DNA of 63,252 nucleotides, the filler included, from Chiloscyllium plagiosum (Eukaryota), in NCBI RefSeq assembly GCF_004010195.1. It is 4 parts of one record of this genome, joined end to end, with 100 filler letters (N's around TTAATTAATTAA, not from the genome) between each part and the next. Parts side by side here need not be neighbours in the genome. Positions count along the whole stretch, not along the records: positions 1 to 22,482 come from NC_057716.1; 3 more parts are not named here. The stretch is one strand, 5' to 3'. Below are positions 1 to 12,370 of this stretch, in pieces. The notes under the pieces were generated by a model that saw only the letters and a list, made by a program, of their open reading frames with translations, was not told the DNA's origin and made no database searches. The translations under genes were made by a program, and so were the position numbers. Position 1 is the first letter of the stretch; each line of letters opens with the position of its first letter.

Positions 1-222
1 GTGGCTGTGTGGAATGCTCTGCCCCAGAGGGCAGTGGAGGCCCAGTCTGTGGATTCATTTAAGAAAGAGTTGGATAGAGCTCTCAGGTTTAGTGGAATCA
101 AGGGTTATGGAGATAAGGCAGGAACAGGATACTGATTAAGGATGATCAGCCATGATCATATTGAATGGTGGTGCAGGCTCGAAGGCCAGAATGGCCTACT
201 CCTGCACCTATTGTCTATTGTC
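1..222 (+). mobile_element. CR1 LINE 3' end (ORF2 C-terminus, 3'UTR, microsatellite tail)
   Basis: VAVWNALPQRAVEAQSVDSFKKELDRAL and tail cctattgtctattgtct; same family as 8629-8845. Confidence 0.85.
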
Positions 223-225
223 TGC

Positions 226-1065
226 TAATTTAAACCCAACACACAGAGGAGCTCACCGCATGCCATAATCTGTTAGATTTTGAGAGGCGAATATCTATCC
301 CAGATTTCAATATCTCAAGTAAAATTAACAATTTAATTATTTACATACAAAATAGATCATTAAAACAACAACCATTTACAACTCCATTCTCTTCAACCTA
401 TTTTTTACCTCCCAACCAACAACACTGGTCTGATAAAAAAAACCCAAACAGTTTTGTTGATTCTCCTTTGTAGTTTTCCCTCTGTCAATCTTCGTCTGTA
501 TTTTCCTGGGTAACCTTTTCTTTGGTCTTCTGCTGCACAACTTTCTTACAGACAGGTACCTTTCAGAGAAATATTTAGCCAGAAGTCTGTACTTGTTGGT
601 GCTGAAACATTTGTTGCTGGAAAAGCACAGCAGGTCAGGCAGCATGCAGATTCTCCTGCTCCTTGGATGCTGCCTTACCTGCTGCACTTTTCCAACAATA
701 CATTTTTCAGCGCTGATCTCCAGCATCTGCAGTCCTCACTTTCTCCTGTACTTGTTGGTGTTTTTGCTGTTTTACCCCAACTGCTGAAAATGTCTGGTTT
801 TATAACCCAAAACATTGGACCATTTCATTGGTTTGATGTCATCCCAAACAGTAAAATTCAAATTCGATTGAATTTTGTCTTTGGGGCATAATTTAAACAG
901 ATGGGCTGAATTTGAATTTGTTTTTGTACCATGGCAATGCAACTCCAGCTAATTGTGTCAACCAAATGTTACATTTTTAAATTGCTCAGCACACTCTGTG
1001 CTTTCAATCCTTGCCAGCTTCCTTTCTCTCGTAAAAGTACAATACACACCTATACATTCGTAACA
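226..1065 (-). mobile_element. Diverged solo LTR related to the LTR at 29570-30303
   Basis: Colinear similarity blocks with 29570-30303 (aagtaaaattaaca, ctggtt.tata.cc, ataatttaaac...ggctg.att..aatttgttt) and the same terminal GTAACA at 1060-1065; the left end is cut by the CR1. Confidence 0.65.
602..745. mobile_element. Short palindromic PLE terminal-repeat insertion (family A) with 15-bp TSD
   Basis: ctgtacttgttggtg duplicated at 587-601 and 746-760; inverted arms gctgaaa...caggcagcat / atgctgcc...ttttcagc. Confidence 0.8.
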
Positions 1066-1599
1066 CAAGTTCTCCAATTCTCTTCTTTGCATATGAGGTA
1101 CACTTCGATACTTCACAACATCTTGTAGCCAGCAGAAATCCTCTTTCCCTACTGGTGTCTTCTTTAAGTAAATGACGTTCTTTTTATGATACCACAACTA
1201 ATTTTGACTATCAATTTCCATTTTGTTCTTATCCCTCCACTATGAAAAATGGTCTGAAACATTCAACTGCACAAGGTACCAGATGTAAATAATGATGTGT
1301 GTTGTTCCTTATTCTTCTAAAACTCTCCTAAAATTCTTTCAAACTTATCCTCATATTATAACAGCCTTGCTTGAGCCTATCTTATCAAAAACTTCTGGTT
1401 TTAGGTAAATCACATGCCCTTGCTTTCTATAACATTACTTAAACTTTATTAAAACCCCAGCCTAACCTGACAACATAGAGGCTAAACATGCTGCCTAGAT
1501 GTCAGACACAGCTTGCTTTGTAGCATTCCAAACTCTAGGAGCTTGTTGACTTATGGCCTAGCTGTGTAAAACAAAGGGGAGGCTAAACAGCTGAAGGTC

Positions 1600-1830
1600 C
1601 TTGCTTTCAGATGAGACAGTAAAAGTGCCTTTCCTTTGAGATGTACTTGAAAAAACCTATGGTACAATTTCAAAAGTGTGTGGTGGAGTTGTCCTTCTCT
1701 AATATTTATTCCTCAACTAATTTTACTATGAACAAATTATGTGGTCAATATCGCAATTGCTCTCTAAGAAAGTTTGACATTTGCAAACGTTATTGGGACA
1801 TCCTATAACTATGAAATCTGCTCTATATGT
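1600..1830 (+). mobile_element. Degraded Deu-domain SINE fragment (AmnSINE1/SacSINE1-like)
   Basis: ctttcagatgagac...atatttattcctcaac... resembles the reverse complement of 12105-12370. Confidence 0.45.
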
Positions 1831-2849
1831 GTATGAGTTTTCCTTTCTTTTATTCCCAGAGGGAGGCCTCATTGAGGGTGAACACAGCACAGAGAATGGC
1901 ACTTGTATTGACCCTATCTCTGCCGAGTGCTGTTATTGAGTGAGAATCCCCACAGAGTTCAAGATTGCTGAATTTACACTTACGAGCCTAAACCTTAATG
2001 CAACTCCATCAGGATTTGTTTGTGCAATTTAACAACACAAATTTAATCTAAGTGATGAACCACTTTAACTTCAAGCTGTACTCTAACTTCTTTTTATGAT
2101 GAGAATAGTAAATCATCGGACTCTATCAACTGCCTCTTCCCAACGCCCACTCCCTCCAGAGCCAACATTTCCTACCTGACACTTCAACAAACCCATTTAG
2201 TACATATGCTTCCCAGGGAACATTGTATCAAAGGTATAATCAGCACAAAATGACTGATTATTGAGTGGGAGGATTGCTTAAAAAAGAGCAGGAGATACAG
2301 GTGGAAATATGAAGCCAGTACATGGATTCATCTTCATAAGTTTGTGAATATCATATTTCTGAATCTGGAAGCTACCTTAAAATGTTATGAATGATGAATA
2401 AATTGAACTATTATTACAACTGAATGATCATTAAAATAAGAGACAATTGCAGCTTTGAATTATGAATAACTGAATTATCAGTAAGGATCAAAGCAATGCA
2501 ATCATTTTTCTCAGTTAACTGTGAAAAGAATTCAAAAGAGTGCTCAAATTTTTCAATTTAAAATGAAGGCCAGCTTTGATGTTCATTTATCATAGATTTC
2601 ATTAGCAAATAGTTAAAAGAGAGGTATGAAGAATGAGTAATGGGAACCACAACACAAGCTTCATCTGCCTGTTGGAAAGATGGCCTCTTGAACATGCAAA
2701 AGAAATGCTTACAGTAGATGATTTCTTAGTGGAAGCATCCTCAACAACATTACTTTGGTGAAATGGGTCATCATGCTCTGAGCCTGAAGGCAAAATGCCA
2801 ATGTTCCCCGGGCGATGGTAGCAGCAGCATACTATTGACAACAGGCTCA

Positions 2850-4600
2850 GATTCCTAACCTAATTCTCTGAGGACAGGGTTTGAAACCCACCATACCAGA
2901 TGGAAAGATTTGTTTGAAATTGACAGCCAGTCACATAAAATAAAATCTATCTGCTGTCCATTCAGAAAGGAAAATCTGCCATCCTCAGGTTGTCTGGCTT
3001 ACCTGTGACTTTAGATCCTCAGCAATATGATTAACTCTTAAACGCCCTCTGAAAAGGCGCAAATCACTATGTCGTATCAAATCACATAAAATATCTGACC
3101 ACCTGTAATCAACCAAGCTACCAGAAATGAAATGGCGTGCATATTCCTATTGACACTACAAAGTCCTCCTTACTCACACTGTGGGCTTGTGCCAAAGTGG
3201 GGAGCCAAGATTTTCTAATATAGCTGCAATGTTTGCATCTACCTGGCAATGTTGGAAATTGCAAAGGCATGTTTTGTCCACAAAAAAAAATGTGAAAAAT
3301 CCAAACTGGCCAATTATCACTGCAGAAGTCTACTTCTAATCATCAGTAACATGATGGAAGATGTTGTCAACAGTGCTATCAAGTGGCACTTACACAAAAA
3401 TAGCCTACTCACTGATACTACATTTGTGCTCTCAGCTCCTGACTTTCTTAAGGCTTAATCGAAATACAGACAAGAGAATTGAACTCAAGAAGGAAAGTGA
3501 TGGTGATTCCCCTTAAGATAAAGGCAACATTTGACCTATAATAGTATCAAGGTTCCCCAGCAAATCTGGTCAGTTATAGTTGAGGCAAAATTCTTCGTTG
3601 ATTGAATCCCACCTAGCATTAAGGGGAGTGGTTGTGGATGTTGAAAGTTAATCATCTCAGCCAATACACATCACTGTAGGAGTCCATCATAGTAATATCT
3701 CAGACACAACGATTTTCACTTGCTTCGTCAGTAACCTTCCCCTCAACATGAGATCAAACATGATAATATTCATTGATGATTGCACAATGTTCAGAACCAT
3801 TTGAAGTAGTCTGTGTCCAAACACAGTTTGAACTTCATAACTTTCGGTTTCAGTATAAGAAGTGACAAGCAACATTCTCAACACATGTCAGGCAATGACT
3901 ATCTCCAATAAGAGAAAATCCAACCACCACTTTTGACATTAAATGGCATTAGTAAGACTGAATTTCACCACAGGCATCATCCTGAGAGAGTCAGAGGCTG
4001 GGAATTTTGCAGCGAGTAACTCACCACCTAACTATGCATCACCCTCATGATCTGTCTGTCCATCTTCCTTCCCAACTATCTGGTTCACCCTCCTCTCTGA
4101 CCATTACCCCCACCTTCATCTACCTATCGCACTCTCAGTTATCTTCCCCCCCAGCCCCACCCCCTTCCCATTTATCTCATCACCCCGTCAGCTCACAGCC
4201 TCGTTCCTGATGAAGGGTTTTTGCCTGAAATGTCGACTCTCCTGCTCCTTGGATGCTGCCTGACCTGCTGTGCTTTTCCAGCACCACACTCTCAACTATG
4301 CACAGTCAGTCCACCATCTTCAAGACTCAAGTCAGGAGAGTGATGGAATGCTCCTCAATTGCCTGGATCAGTGTAACTCGAAACAACATTCAGAAACTCA
4401 ACACCATCCAGGACAAAACAGCCCATTTGACTGGCACCCCATCTGAAACCTTCAACGTTCATTCCTTACATCATTAATGGCATTATGCCCATCAATGCCT
4501 GGATGTACTGCAACAACTCACCAAAGCTCCTTCAATAGCACCTTCCAAACCAGCAACCTCTATCACCTAGAAGGACAATGGAGCAGATAAATAACAACAT
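2850..4600 (+). mobile_element. Old degraded CR1/L2-clade LINE with SINE-like 5' part, interrupted by a PLE fragment; its 3' end is cut by a younger CR1
   Basis: RT-adjacent remnants (KSKLANYH..SLL.IIS.MME; QVRRVMECSSIAW..KLNTIQDK); homologous to 53862-56320 and 58918-59160. Confidence 0.6.
4039..4293 (+). mobile_element. PLE family A 3' terminal fragment with hammerhead motif
   Basis: C-rich tract then cctgatgaagggtttttgcctgaaatgtcgac; TSD aactatgca at 4030-4038 and 4294-4302. Confidence 0.75.
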
Positions 4601-4601
4601 T

Positions 4602-5220
4602 GGACAGGGTGTTGAGTATAAGAGATGACAAGTCATGTTAAAATTGTACACGATGCTGGTTCAGCCGCATTTAGAATACTGTGTACAGTTCTGGTCGCCA
4701 CATTACCAAAAGGATGTGGATGCTTTGGAGAGGGTGCAGAGAAGGTTTACGAGGATGTTGCCTGGTATGAAAGGTTCTAGATATGAAGAGTGGTTGAGTA
4801 GGTTAGGTTTATTTTCATTAGAAAAAAGGAGATTGAGGGGGGACCTGATTGAGGTTTACAAAATCATGAAGGGTATAGTCAGGATGGATCGAGACAAGCT
4901 TGTTCCCAGGATGAAGGATTCCAGAACGAGAGGTCACACTTTTAAGGTGAGAGGTGGAGGTTTAAGGGGGGATACACGAGGCAAGTACTTCACACACAGG
5001 GTGGTGGGCGTCTGGAATGCATTACCAGCACAGGTGGTAGAAGCAGGCACAGTAGATTCATTGAAGATGCGTCTGGACAAATGCCTGAATAGGTGGGGAA
5101 TAGTAGGATACAGATGCTTAGGAATTGATTGACAGATTTAGACAGTAGATTTGGATCGGCTCAGGCTTGGAGGGCTGAAAGGCCTGTTCCTGGGCTGTAA
5201 ATTTTCTTTGTTCTTTGTTC
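4602..5220 (+). mobile_element. 5'-truncated CR1 LINE
   Basis: ORF 4635-5132 (PHLEYCVQFWSP, RRLRGDLIEVYKIM, WNALP); tail ttctttgttctttgttc. Confidence 0.9.
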
Positions 5221-5689
5221 TAACACCACCACCTGAAAATGTCAATAACATGGGGGCATAGGTTTAAGGTGAAACGTTGGTGGTTCAGAGAGAATTTGAG
5301 GAAAACTTCTTTCCCTCAGATGGTGGTGGGAATCTGGGATGCACTGCCTGGGACGGTAGTTGAGGTAGAAAAACTCACAACCTTTAAAAAGTACTTGGGT
5401 GAGCGCTTGAAATGTTATAACATTCAAGGCTGCAAATGCTGGAACATGAGACGAGTGTAGATTCAGCATAGTATTTTGTCAATGCAGGCACGAGCTGACA
5501 GAACACTTCTGTCTCTTTTATTATGCATTTGGAAAGGCTAGGACTGATTCGGGATAGTCAGCATGGTTTTGTGTGTGGGAAATCGGATCTCACTAATTTG
5601 ATTGAGACTTTTTAAGAGGTGACCAATAAGATAGGTGAACGCAGAGTGGTAGACATTGTCTACATGGATTTTAGCAAGGCCTTTGACAA

Positions 5690-5840
5690 AAATCAGAGTG
5701 AGCATTTTGGGTCTGGTGACCCTTCCTCAGAATTTGGAACTGTTCTGACAAAGGGTCACTGGACCCGAAACGTTAACTTTGATTTTTCTTCACAGGTGCT
5801 GACAGACCTGCTGAGCTTTTCCAGCAGCTTCTGTTTTTGC
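5690..5840. mobile_element. Short palindromic PLE terminal-repeat element (family D) with degenerate hammerhead
   Basis: gggtctggtgacccttcctcagaa / ttctgacaaagggtcactggacccgaaacgttaact. Confidence 0.65.
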
Positions 5841-6439
5841 TACAGGGCAGGACTTACACAGTTAATGGTAGAACCCTGGGGAATGCTGCTGAACTGAAAC
5901 ACCTTGGGGTTCAGGTACATAACTCTTTGAAAGAGGCATCACAGTTAGGCAGGCTGGTGAATAAGGCACACTTGTCTTCATTGATCAGAGCGCTGAGTAC
6001 AAGAGTTGGGATATCTTGTTCCAGCTGTACAAGATATTGGCAAGGCTATATTTGGGGTACTGACTACAGTTCTGGTGGTTCTGCTATTGAAAGAATGTTA
6101 TTAAACTGGAAAGAGTGCAAAAAATATTTGTGAAGCTATTACCGAGCCTGGAAGATTTGAGTTATAGGGAGAATCTGAACAGGCTGCGACTTTTTCTCTG
6201 GAGTGCAGGAGGCTGAGGGGTGACCTTATAGAGGTTTATAAAATCATGAAAGGAATAGATGAGGTGAATATCCAAGGTATTTTACCTAGAGTATGGGTGT
6301 CCAAGGGCATAGGTTTAAAGTGAGGGGAAATATTTAAAAGGGATTTGAAAAGCTACTTTTCACACTGAGGGTGGTGCATGTATGGAACGAGCTGCCAGAG
6401 GGAATGGTAGAGGTGGGTACAGTTACCACATTTAAAAGA

Positions 6440-6590
6440 CCAAAAGCCACATGACACCAGGTTACAGTCCAATAGGTTTATTTAAAATCACAAGCTCTCA
6501 GAGCGCAGCCCCTTCATCAAGTGGACTATAACATGGTGCCATGTGATTTTTGACCTTGTCCACTTCTGTCCAACACTGGTGCCTCCACAT
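6440..6590. mobile_element. Short palindromic PLE terminal-repeat element (family B)
   Basis: Same sequence family as 46645-46832 and 48063-48256; flanked by imperfect cacattt(t)aaa repeats. Confidence 0.7.
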
Positions 6591-6629
6591 CACATTTTAA
6601 ATGCATTTGGACAGGTACATGAATAGGAA

Positions 6630-8386
6630 ATTTTGGTGCTGGAAAAGAACGGCAGGTCAGGCCAAATCTGAGGGACAGGCGAATCGCCGTTTCGGGCAAA
6701 GGACATTCCCCAGGAATGAAGCTTGTGAGCCAAGGGGGTGGAGAGATAAATTGAAGGGGAGTGGGGCTGGGGGGAAGGTAGCTGAGAATGCAATAGGTAG
6801 GTGAAAGTGGGGGCAATGGTGATAGGTCAGAGAAGAAGGTAGAGTGGATAGGTGGGAAGGAAGGTGGACAGGTTGGACAGGTCTTGAGGGCAGTGACGAA
6901 TTACAAAGTTGGTTCTGGGATAAGTTTGGGGGGGGAGGAAGAATGGAAACTAGAGAAACCCACATTGATGCTATATCATTGGAGGGCCTTAAGATGTAAG
7001 ATGAAGCATTCTTCCTCAATGCGTTGAATGTTGAGGGTGTAGCGATGAAGGACGTCCTTCGTAGAGTGAAAGGGGGAGTTGAAGTGTTCGGCCACAGAAA
7101 AGTGGGGTTGGTTGGTGCAGATGTCCAGGAGATTTTCTCTGAAGTGTTCTGCAAGTAGGCGTTCTGTCTCCCCATTGTAGAGGAGACCATATTGGGAGCA
7201 ACAGATACATTAAATGACATGCAGGTGAAACTCTGATGGATGTGGAAGGCTCCTTTAGGGCCTTGGTGGGAGGTAAGTTATTCCCAATTCCTCTGTATCC
7301 ACCGTGTCTGCTCCCAGGAGGACCAGTTCCATCACAGAATACACCAGACGACCTCCTTCTTCAAAGATCGCAATTTACCCTCCCACCTGGTCTATGATGC
7401 CCTCCAGTGCATCTCATCCACTTCCTGCACCACTGCCCTTGCACCTCACCCCTCCAACCACAACAAGGACAGAACATCCTTTGTCCTTACCTTCTACCCT
7501 ACCAACTTCCATATACATCACAACAAGCTCCGCCGTTTATGCCACCTACAAATGGACCCCACTACCAGAGATATATTTCCTTCCCCACCCCTATCTGCTT
7601 TCCCTAAAGACCATTCCCTTCCTGACTCTCTTGTTAGGTCCACGTTCCCCCCAGCAACCCACCCTCCCCTCCCGGCACCTTCTCCTGCCTCTGCAAGAAT
7701 TGCAAAACCTGCACTACATCTCCCCCCTCACCTCCATCCAAGACCCAGAGGAACCTTTCACATCCATCAGAGTTTCACCTGCACTTCCACGCATGTCATT
7801 TACTGTATCCGTTGCTGCTGATGTGGTCTCCTCTACACTTGGGAGACAGGACGCCTGCTTACAGAATACTTCAGAGAACATTTATGGGACACCCACAACA
7901 ACCAATCCCACTGCTGCGTGGCTGAACACTTCAACTCCCCCTCCCATTCTGCCGAGGACGTGCAGATCCTGGGCCTCCTTCATTGCTACACCCCAACCAC
8001 CCTACTCCTGGAGGAGGAATGCCTCATCTTCTGCTTTGGGACCATCCAACCCCAAGGTATCAATGTGGGTTTCACCAGTTTTCTCATTTCTCCTCCCCCC
8101 CCTCACCTTATCAAAAATCCAACCTCCCAACTCAGCATCGCCCTCATGACCCTTTCTACCTGTCAATCTTCCTTCCCACCCATCCGCTCCACCTTCCTCT
8201 TTGACCTATCACCCTTACCCCCACCTCCATCTACCTATTGCACTCTCAGCTACCTTGCCCCAGCCTCAGCCCTCCTCTCATTTATCTCACCACCTCCGAG
8301 GCTTACAAACCTCATTTCTGATTAAGGGCTTTTGCCCGAAACGTTGATTCTTCTGCTCCTCAGATGCTGCCTGACCTACTGTGCTT
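6630..8386. mobile_element. Neptune-type Penelope-like retroelement: inverted arm (6630-7272, -) plus forward arm (7277-8386, +) encoding a degenerate GIY-YIG endonuclease
   Basis: NHNKDRTSFVLTFYP, FTCTSTHVIYCIRC, AEHFNSPSHS, EEECLIFCFGTIQPQGINV; terminal repeats with degenerate hammerheads at both outer ends. Confidence 0.85.
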
Positions 8387-8628
8387 NNNNNNNNNNNNNN
8401 NNNNNNNNNNNNNNNNNNNNNNNNNNNNNNNNNNNNNNNNNNNNNNNNNNNNNNNNNNNNNNNNNNNNNNNNNNNNNNNNNNNNNNNNNNNNNNNNNNNN
8501 NNNNNNNNNNNNNNNNNNNNNNNNNNNNNNNNNNNNNNNNNNNNNNNNNNNNNNNNNNNNNNNNNNNNNNNNNNNNNNNNNNNNNNNNNNNNNNNNNNNN
8601 NNNNNNNNNNNNNNNNNNNNNNNNNNNN

Positions 8629-8845
8629 CTTCACCCAGAGAGTGGTGGCTGTGTGGAATGTTCTGCCCCAGAGGGCAGTGGAGGCCCAGTCTCTGGATTC
8701 ATTTAAGAAAGAGTTGGATAGAGCTCTCAAAGATAGTGGAATCAAGCGTTATGGAGATAAGGAAGGAAGAGGATACTGATTAGTAATGATCAGCCATGAT
8801 CATATCGAAGGGCTGCATGGCTGACTCCTGCACCTATTGTCTATT
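8629..8845 (+). mobile_element. CR1 3' end
   Basis: FTQRVVAVWNVLPQRAVEAQSLDSFKKELD; cctattgtctatt tail. Confidence 0.85.
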
Positions 8846-8896
8846 GGATGTGTTACATTGAAGTGCCTGTTTCCATGCTGTATTATTCTAAGACTC

Positions 8897-9215
8897 TTGT
8901 CCCAGGCTAATGCTCTGAGGACACTTGTTCAAATCCCACCATGGCAGATAGTGAAATTTCAATTTAGTAAAAATCTGGAATAATAATTGCTGAATATATA
9001 TCTGGTTTTGTATCCATCCATCTGATTGCGCAGTTCCTTTAGGGAAGAAAACCTACCATCCCTGTCTTATTTGGTCTACAAGTAAATCCTGACCCACAGC
9101 AATGTGACTGACTCTTAAGAGGCCGCTGAAATGGCCTAGCCAGCTGTTAAGGACATTGAAAAATGGGTCATAAATGGTGACCCAACCAGCAATGCCCTAC
9201 ATCCTATAAACAAAT
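8897..9215 (+). mobile_element. Shark SINE-like repeat (unnamed family; other copies near 10400-10770, 27615-27850, and on - at 15482-15680, 42185-42490, 48340-48835)
   Basis: B-box-like gttcaaatccc head, shared core ggaagaaa.ct.ccatcc...gacccacagcaatgtg..tgactcttaa, and (a)ataaa tail. Confidence 0.55.
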
Positions 9216-9429
9216 TAAACAGAAACTGAGTTCACGACAGAGGTTCCTGGCAGCAACCTGCTCAAAAGAAGTACTCAACCATTTCTTTACTATGATCTGT
9301 TGTAAGAGGCACAAACTTTTCTCTCTTCAGCATTTCCAAAGACAACTGAAAATATAGTCAAACTAAACATCCCACTATAATGAATTACCATCCTTTAGAA
9401 TGGGAAACAGATCCCAAAATGTAAGGACT

Positions 9430-10380
9430 TAAGAACAATAGGTCTGCGAGTAGACCATATGGCTCCATGAGCCTGCTGTAGCACTCGATATAATTGTGGA
9501 TGTTCACTCACTTCTCTGATCCCCCATCTCCACCCCTCTCCATATCCTTTGATTCTGTAAGAGACCAAAGATCTCTCAATCTCAACCTCAAATATATGAA
9601 ATGATTAGTCGAGGGTAGAGGATTGCAAATATGCTCAATTCTTTGAAATCCCTCCTCATTTTGATTCTAAATGATTGGCTCCTTTTCCTGAGATTGGGTT
9701 CCCATGTTCTAGATTTCCAAGCCAAGGGAAACATTATTCTGGTTTCTACTCTTTCATGACCCTTCAGAATCTTGTATATTTCAATCTCATTCATCTAACC
9801 TCTGGTGTATTGATCCAATGTAGTGGCCTCTGTTCCTTGGATAATGATCTTGTTCCAGGAATTCAACTGAATTAACATTCACTGCAATGCAATCTTTGGA
9901 ATATATCCTTCCTTAAATATGGAGCCGAATACTGTAGAGTATGTCAGGTGAAATCCACCTCTTACGCCATATACATGAAGCTAAATGTCTTCTTCCTTGT
10001 ATTCCAATCTGATTCTAACAAAGGTTTTTTTGCCTCTCTAATGGCTTGATATACCTACATAACAAAATTCTGCATCCTTTTATGAAGACAATCTTTGCAC
10101 CTCAATATTTACAATTTTCAATATAAATGATTTTTACCAAAACTATCAATTCAATCCGACCGAATTGAATAACATTAAATTTCCTGATATTGGACTCCAT
10201 CTGCTGGTGGTTTGCCTACTCGCTCATCCTGTCTGTATCTCTTTGAAACAACATTTTGTCCTCCTCATAACTTGCATTCCCGATAAGTTTTGCACCATTA
10301 GCAAGCTGAGAGGCATTACACTCATATTGTTTATCAAAATTGTTAATGATTATGAATAATTGAAATGTAATCACTGGTCC
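9430..10380 (-). mobile_element. Old degraded CR1
   Basis: ORF 9588-9794 IEIYKILKG.ERVE...SRT..NLR; 3' tail at 9430. Confidence 0.6.
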
Positions 10381-11807
10381 TTGAAAATCATGTTAATATG
10401 GAGTAGATGTTAGCACAATAGTATTGTGACTGGGTGAGTAATCAGGAGACGTAGGCTAATGTTCTAGGACATGGGTTTGAATACAAATGTGACAGATGGT
10501 GAAGTTTGAATTAATTAAAAATCTGGAATTAAAAACTAGCCTCATAGGGTCTATGTAATCATTGTCAGTTATGGTGAAAACCCATCTGCTTCATTAACAT
10601 TATTTTTTTGAGAAAGAAATCTGCCACACTTACCAGATCTGGCATACATGTGATTCTAGATTTACTTCAGTGTGATTGACTGTTAACTGTCCTTAGAAAT
10701 GGCCCTAACAAACCAGTCAGTTCAAGTGACAATTAAAGATGGGCAATAAATACTAGTGATGCCTATAAAAAATACCCCAGCAACTTGAAAAGGCCCTGTT
10801 TATCTCTATTATCTGTCTGTTAACCAATGCTCTATCCATGCTAATGTATTACACTACCTCCCCAAGCTCCTTAATACCCTTATGTTGTGTATGAACCTTT
10901 TGGGTGGCATCTTAATGAATGCCTTCTGGAATTTCCAGCTTAGTACAGTTACTGGTTTCTCTTCAGATATCCCACTAGTCAGCTCCCCAAAACATATCTA
11001 ACATTTTTTTCCATATGTGATTTCCCTTTCAAAGCCAAGTTGAAATTATTGGATTAAAACATTTCATAGCAATATAATTTTAGTATGCTTGAATTTATAT
11101 GATGACTTTTGTTTATTTTAATTGAACAAGCAGATGTGCCTACTCATGTTACATTGTAGGAATTCAGTCCCATCGTGTACAAAAAGATTAAATAAACTAC
11201 AAATGAATTGAAGTGGTGCCAGAAATCAACGTGGAATTTCTTACAAAGCCAGCTAAGAAGATCCACAATGCTTATGAATTCAGATGGCTCTTGTTATGCA
11301 CAAAATGTTTTATAACCAACAAATTACTTTTGAAGTTGCACTCATTGTTGCTTTGTAGGCAAATCAAGGCAGTGTATCTGAACAAATAAAAGGAAAATGA
11401 AGCAGTAGATTACTGATATTAACAAGATAGATAAATTTGAAAGATAGTGCCCATCAGAACAACTACAGTACAAATAAATGATCTAAAACAAAAAATACAC
11501 TTATAGGACCTCAATATCAATGAAACCTGAAGCTCGTTAGAAGCAAAAACAAACTTCTGAATTATTGTAAAGCAAATACAGCACCAAAACAAGACATTTG
11601 TCAGGATTGGTCAATGCTGGTGTTTATGTCTTCTTCATTTAACCCAGCAACATATCTTTCTATTCCATTCTCCCTCACATGCTTATTTAACATCCCCATC
11701 ATTATATCTATGGTTTTTTACCTCAACCAATCCCTGTGGTAGTGAGTTCCAGGCTCTAGCCACACTCTCAATAAAATACTCTCTCCTGCGCTCCATTCTC
11801 AATCTAT

Positions 11808-12015
11808 TTTTTGATTTGATTTATTATTGTCAAATGTACCTAGCTACATTGAAATATTTTGTTTTGCATGCAGTACAGGCAGATCACACTATACAAAGTG
11901 CATTAGGGTAATAGAACAGAGCGAGGAACACAAATGATTACAGAGAAGGTGCAAAAGAGTGAGATCAACACTTAAACTTAAAATTTGAGAGGTCCATTTA
12001 AAAGTCTGATAGCAA
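11808..12015 (-). mobile_element. Rex1/Babar-like LINE 3' tail
   Basis: Reverse complement of the 3'UTR and tail at 44950-45060 (atcaaatcaaa tail). Confidence 0.5.
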
Positions 12016-12104
12016 TCTATTCATGACTATCCTTTACGTGTGACATCACTGAAAGTGGAAATGTTTTTCTCTATATTTACCCTTCGTATCCGCAGAAAAC
12101 AATG

Positions 12105-12370
12105 ACGAGTTAACCTAATTTGTGATGCTGATTGAGTGATGACTTCTGGTAAAACACCAAGGAGACCTCGCTTACTCTTCTCTGATCAAAGCCATGGGAT
12201 ACTTTCCAGACAGGCCAGACAGCACTTTGCTTTAATACCTCATCTGAAAGGCAACTTCTCCAACAATGTAGCACAGCACAGTGTTGAACTGCCATAGAAT
12301 GTCAATGCAGATTATGTGCTCAGGTCTCTGAAGCTATGCTAGAACCAGTAAACGAATGACCACTGCACTG
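12105..12370 (-). mobile_element. Deu-domain SINE (SacSINE1/AmnSINE1-like)
   Basis: gccatgggat...tttaatacctcatctgaaaggc...agattatgtgctcagg resembles the recalled Deu-SINE core. Confidence 0.55.

Larger units (their letters stand above)
5245..6620 (+). mobile_element. CR1 fragments (RT and C-terminal regions) interrupted by two short PLE-derived palindromes
   Basis: DIVYMDFSKAFDK at about 5654-5690; C-terminal motifs at 6000-6430. Confidence 0.8.

Noticed and set aside
7304..8149. 281-aa Pro/Ser/Thr-rich ORF as a novel gene
   Set aside because: Off-frame reading of a C-rich degenerate PLE.
8287..8783. ORFs containing X runs (also 57859-58363)
   Set aside because: Artefacts of translating through N gaps.
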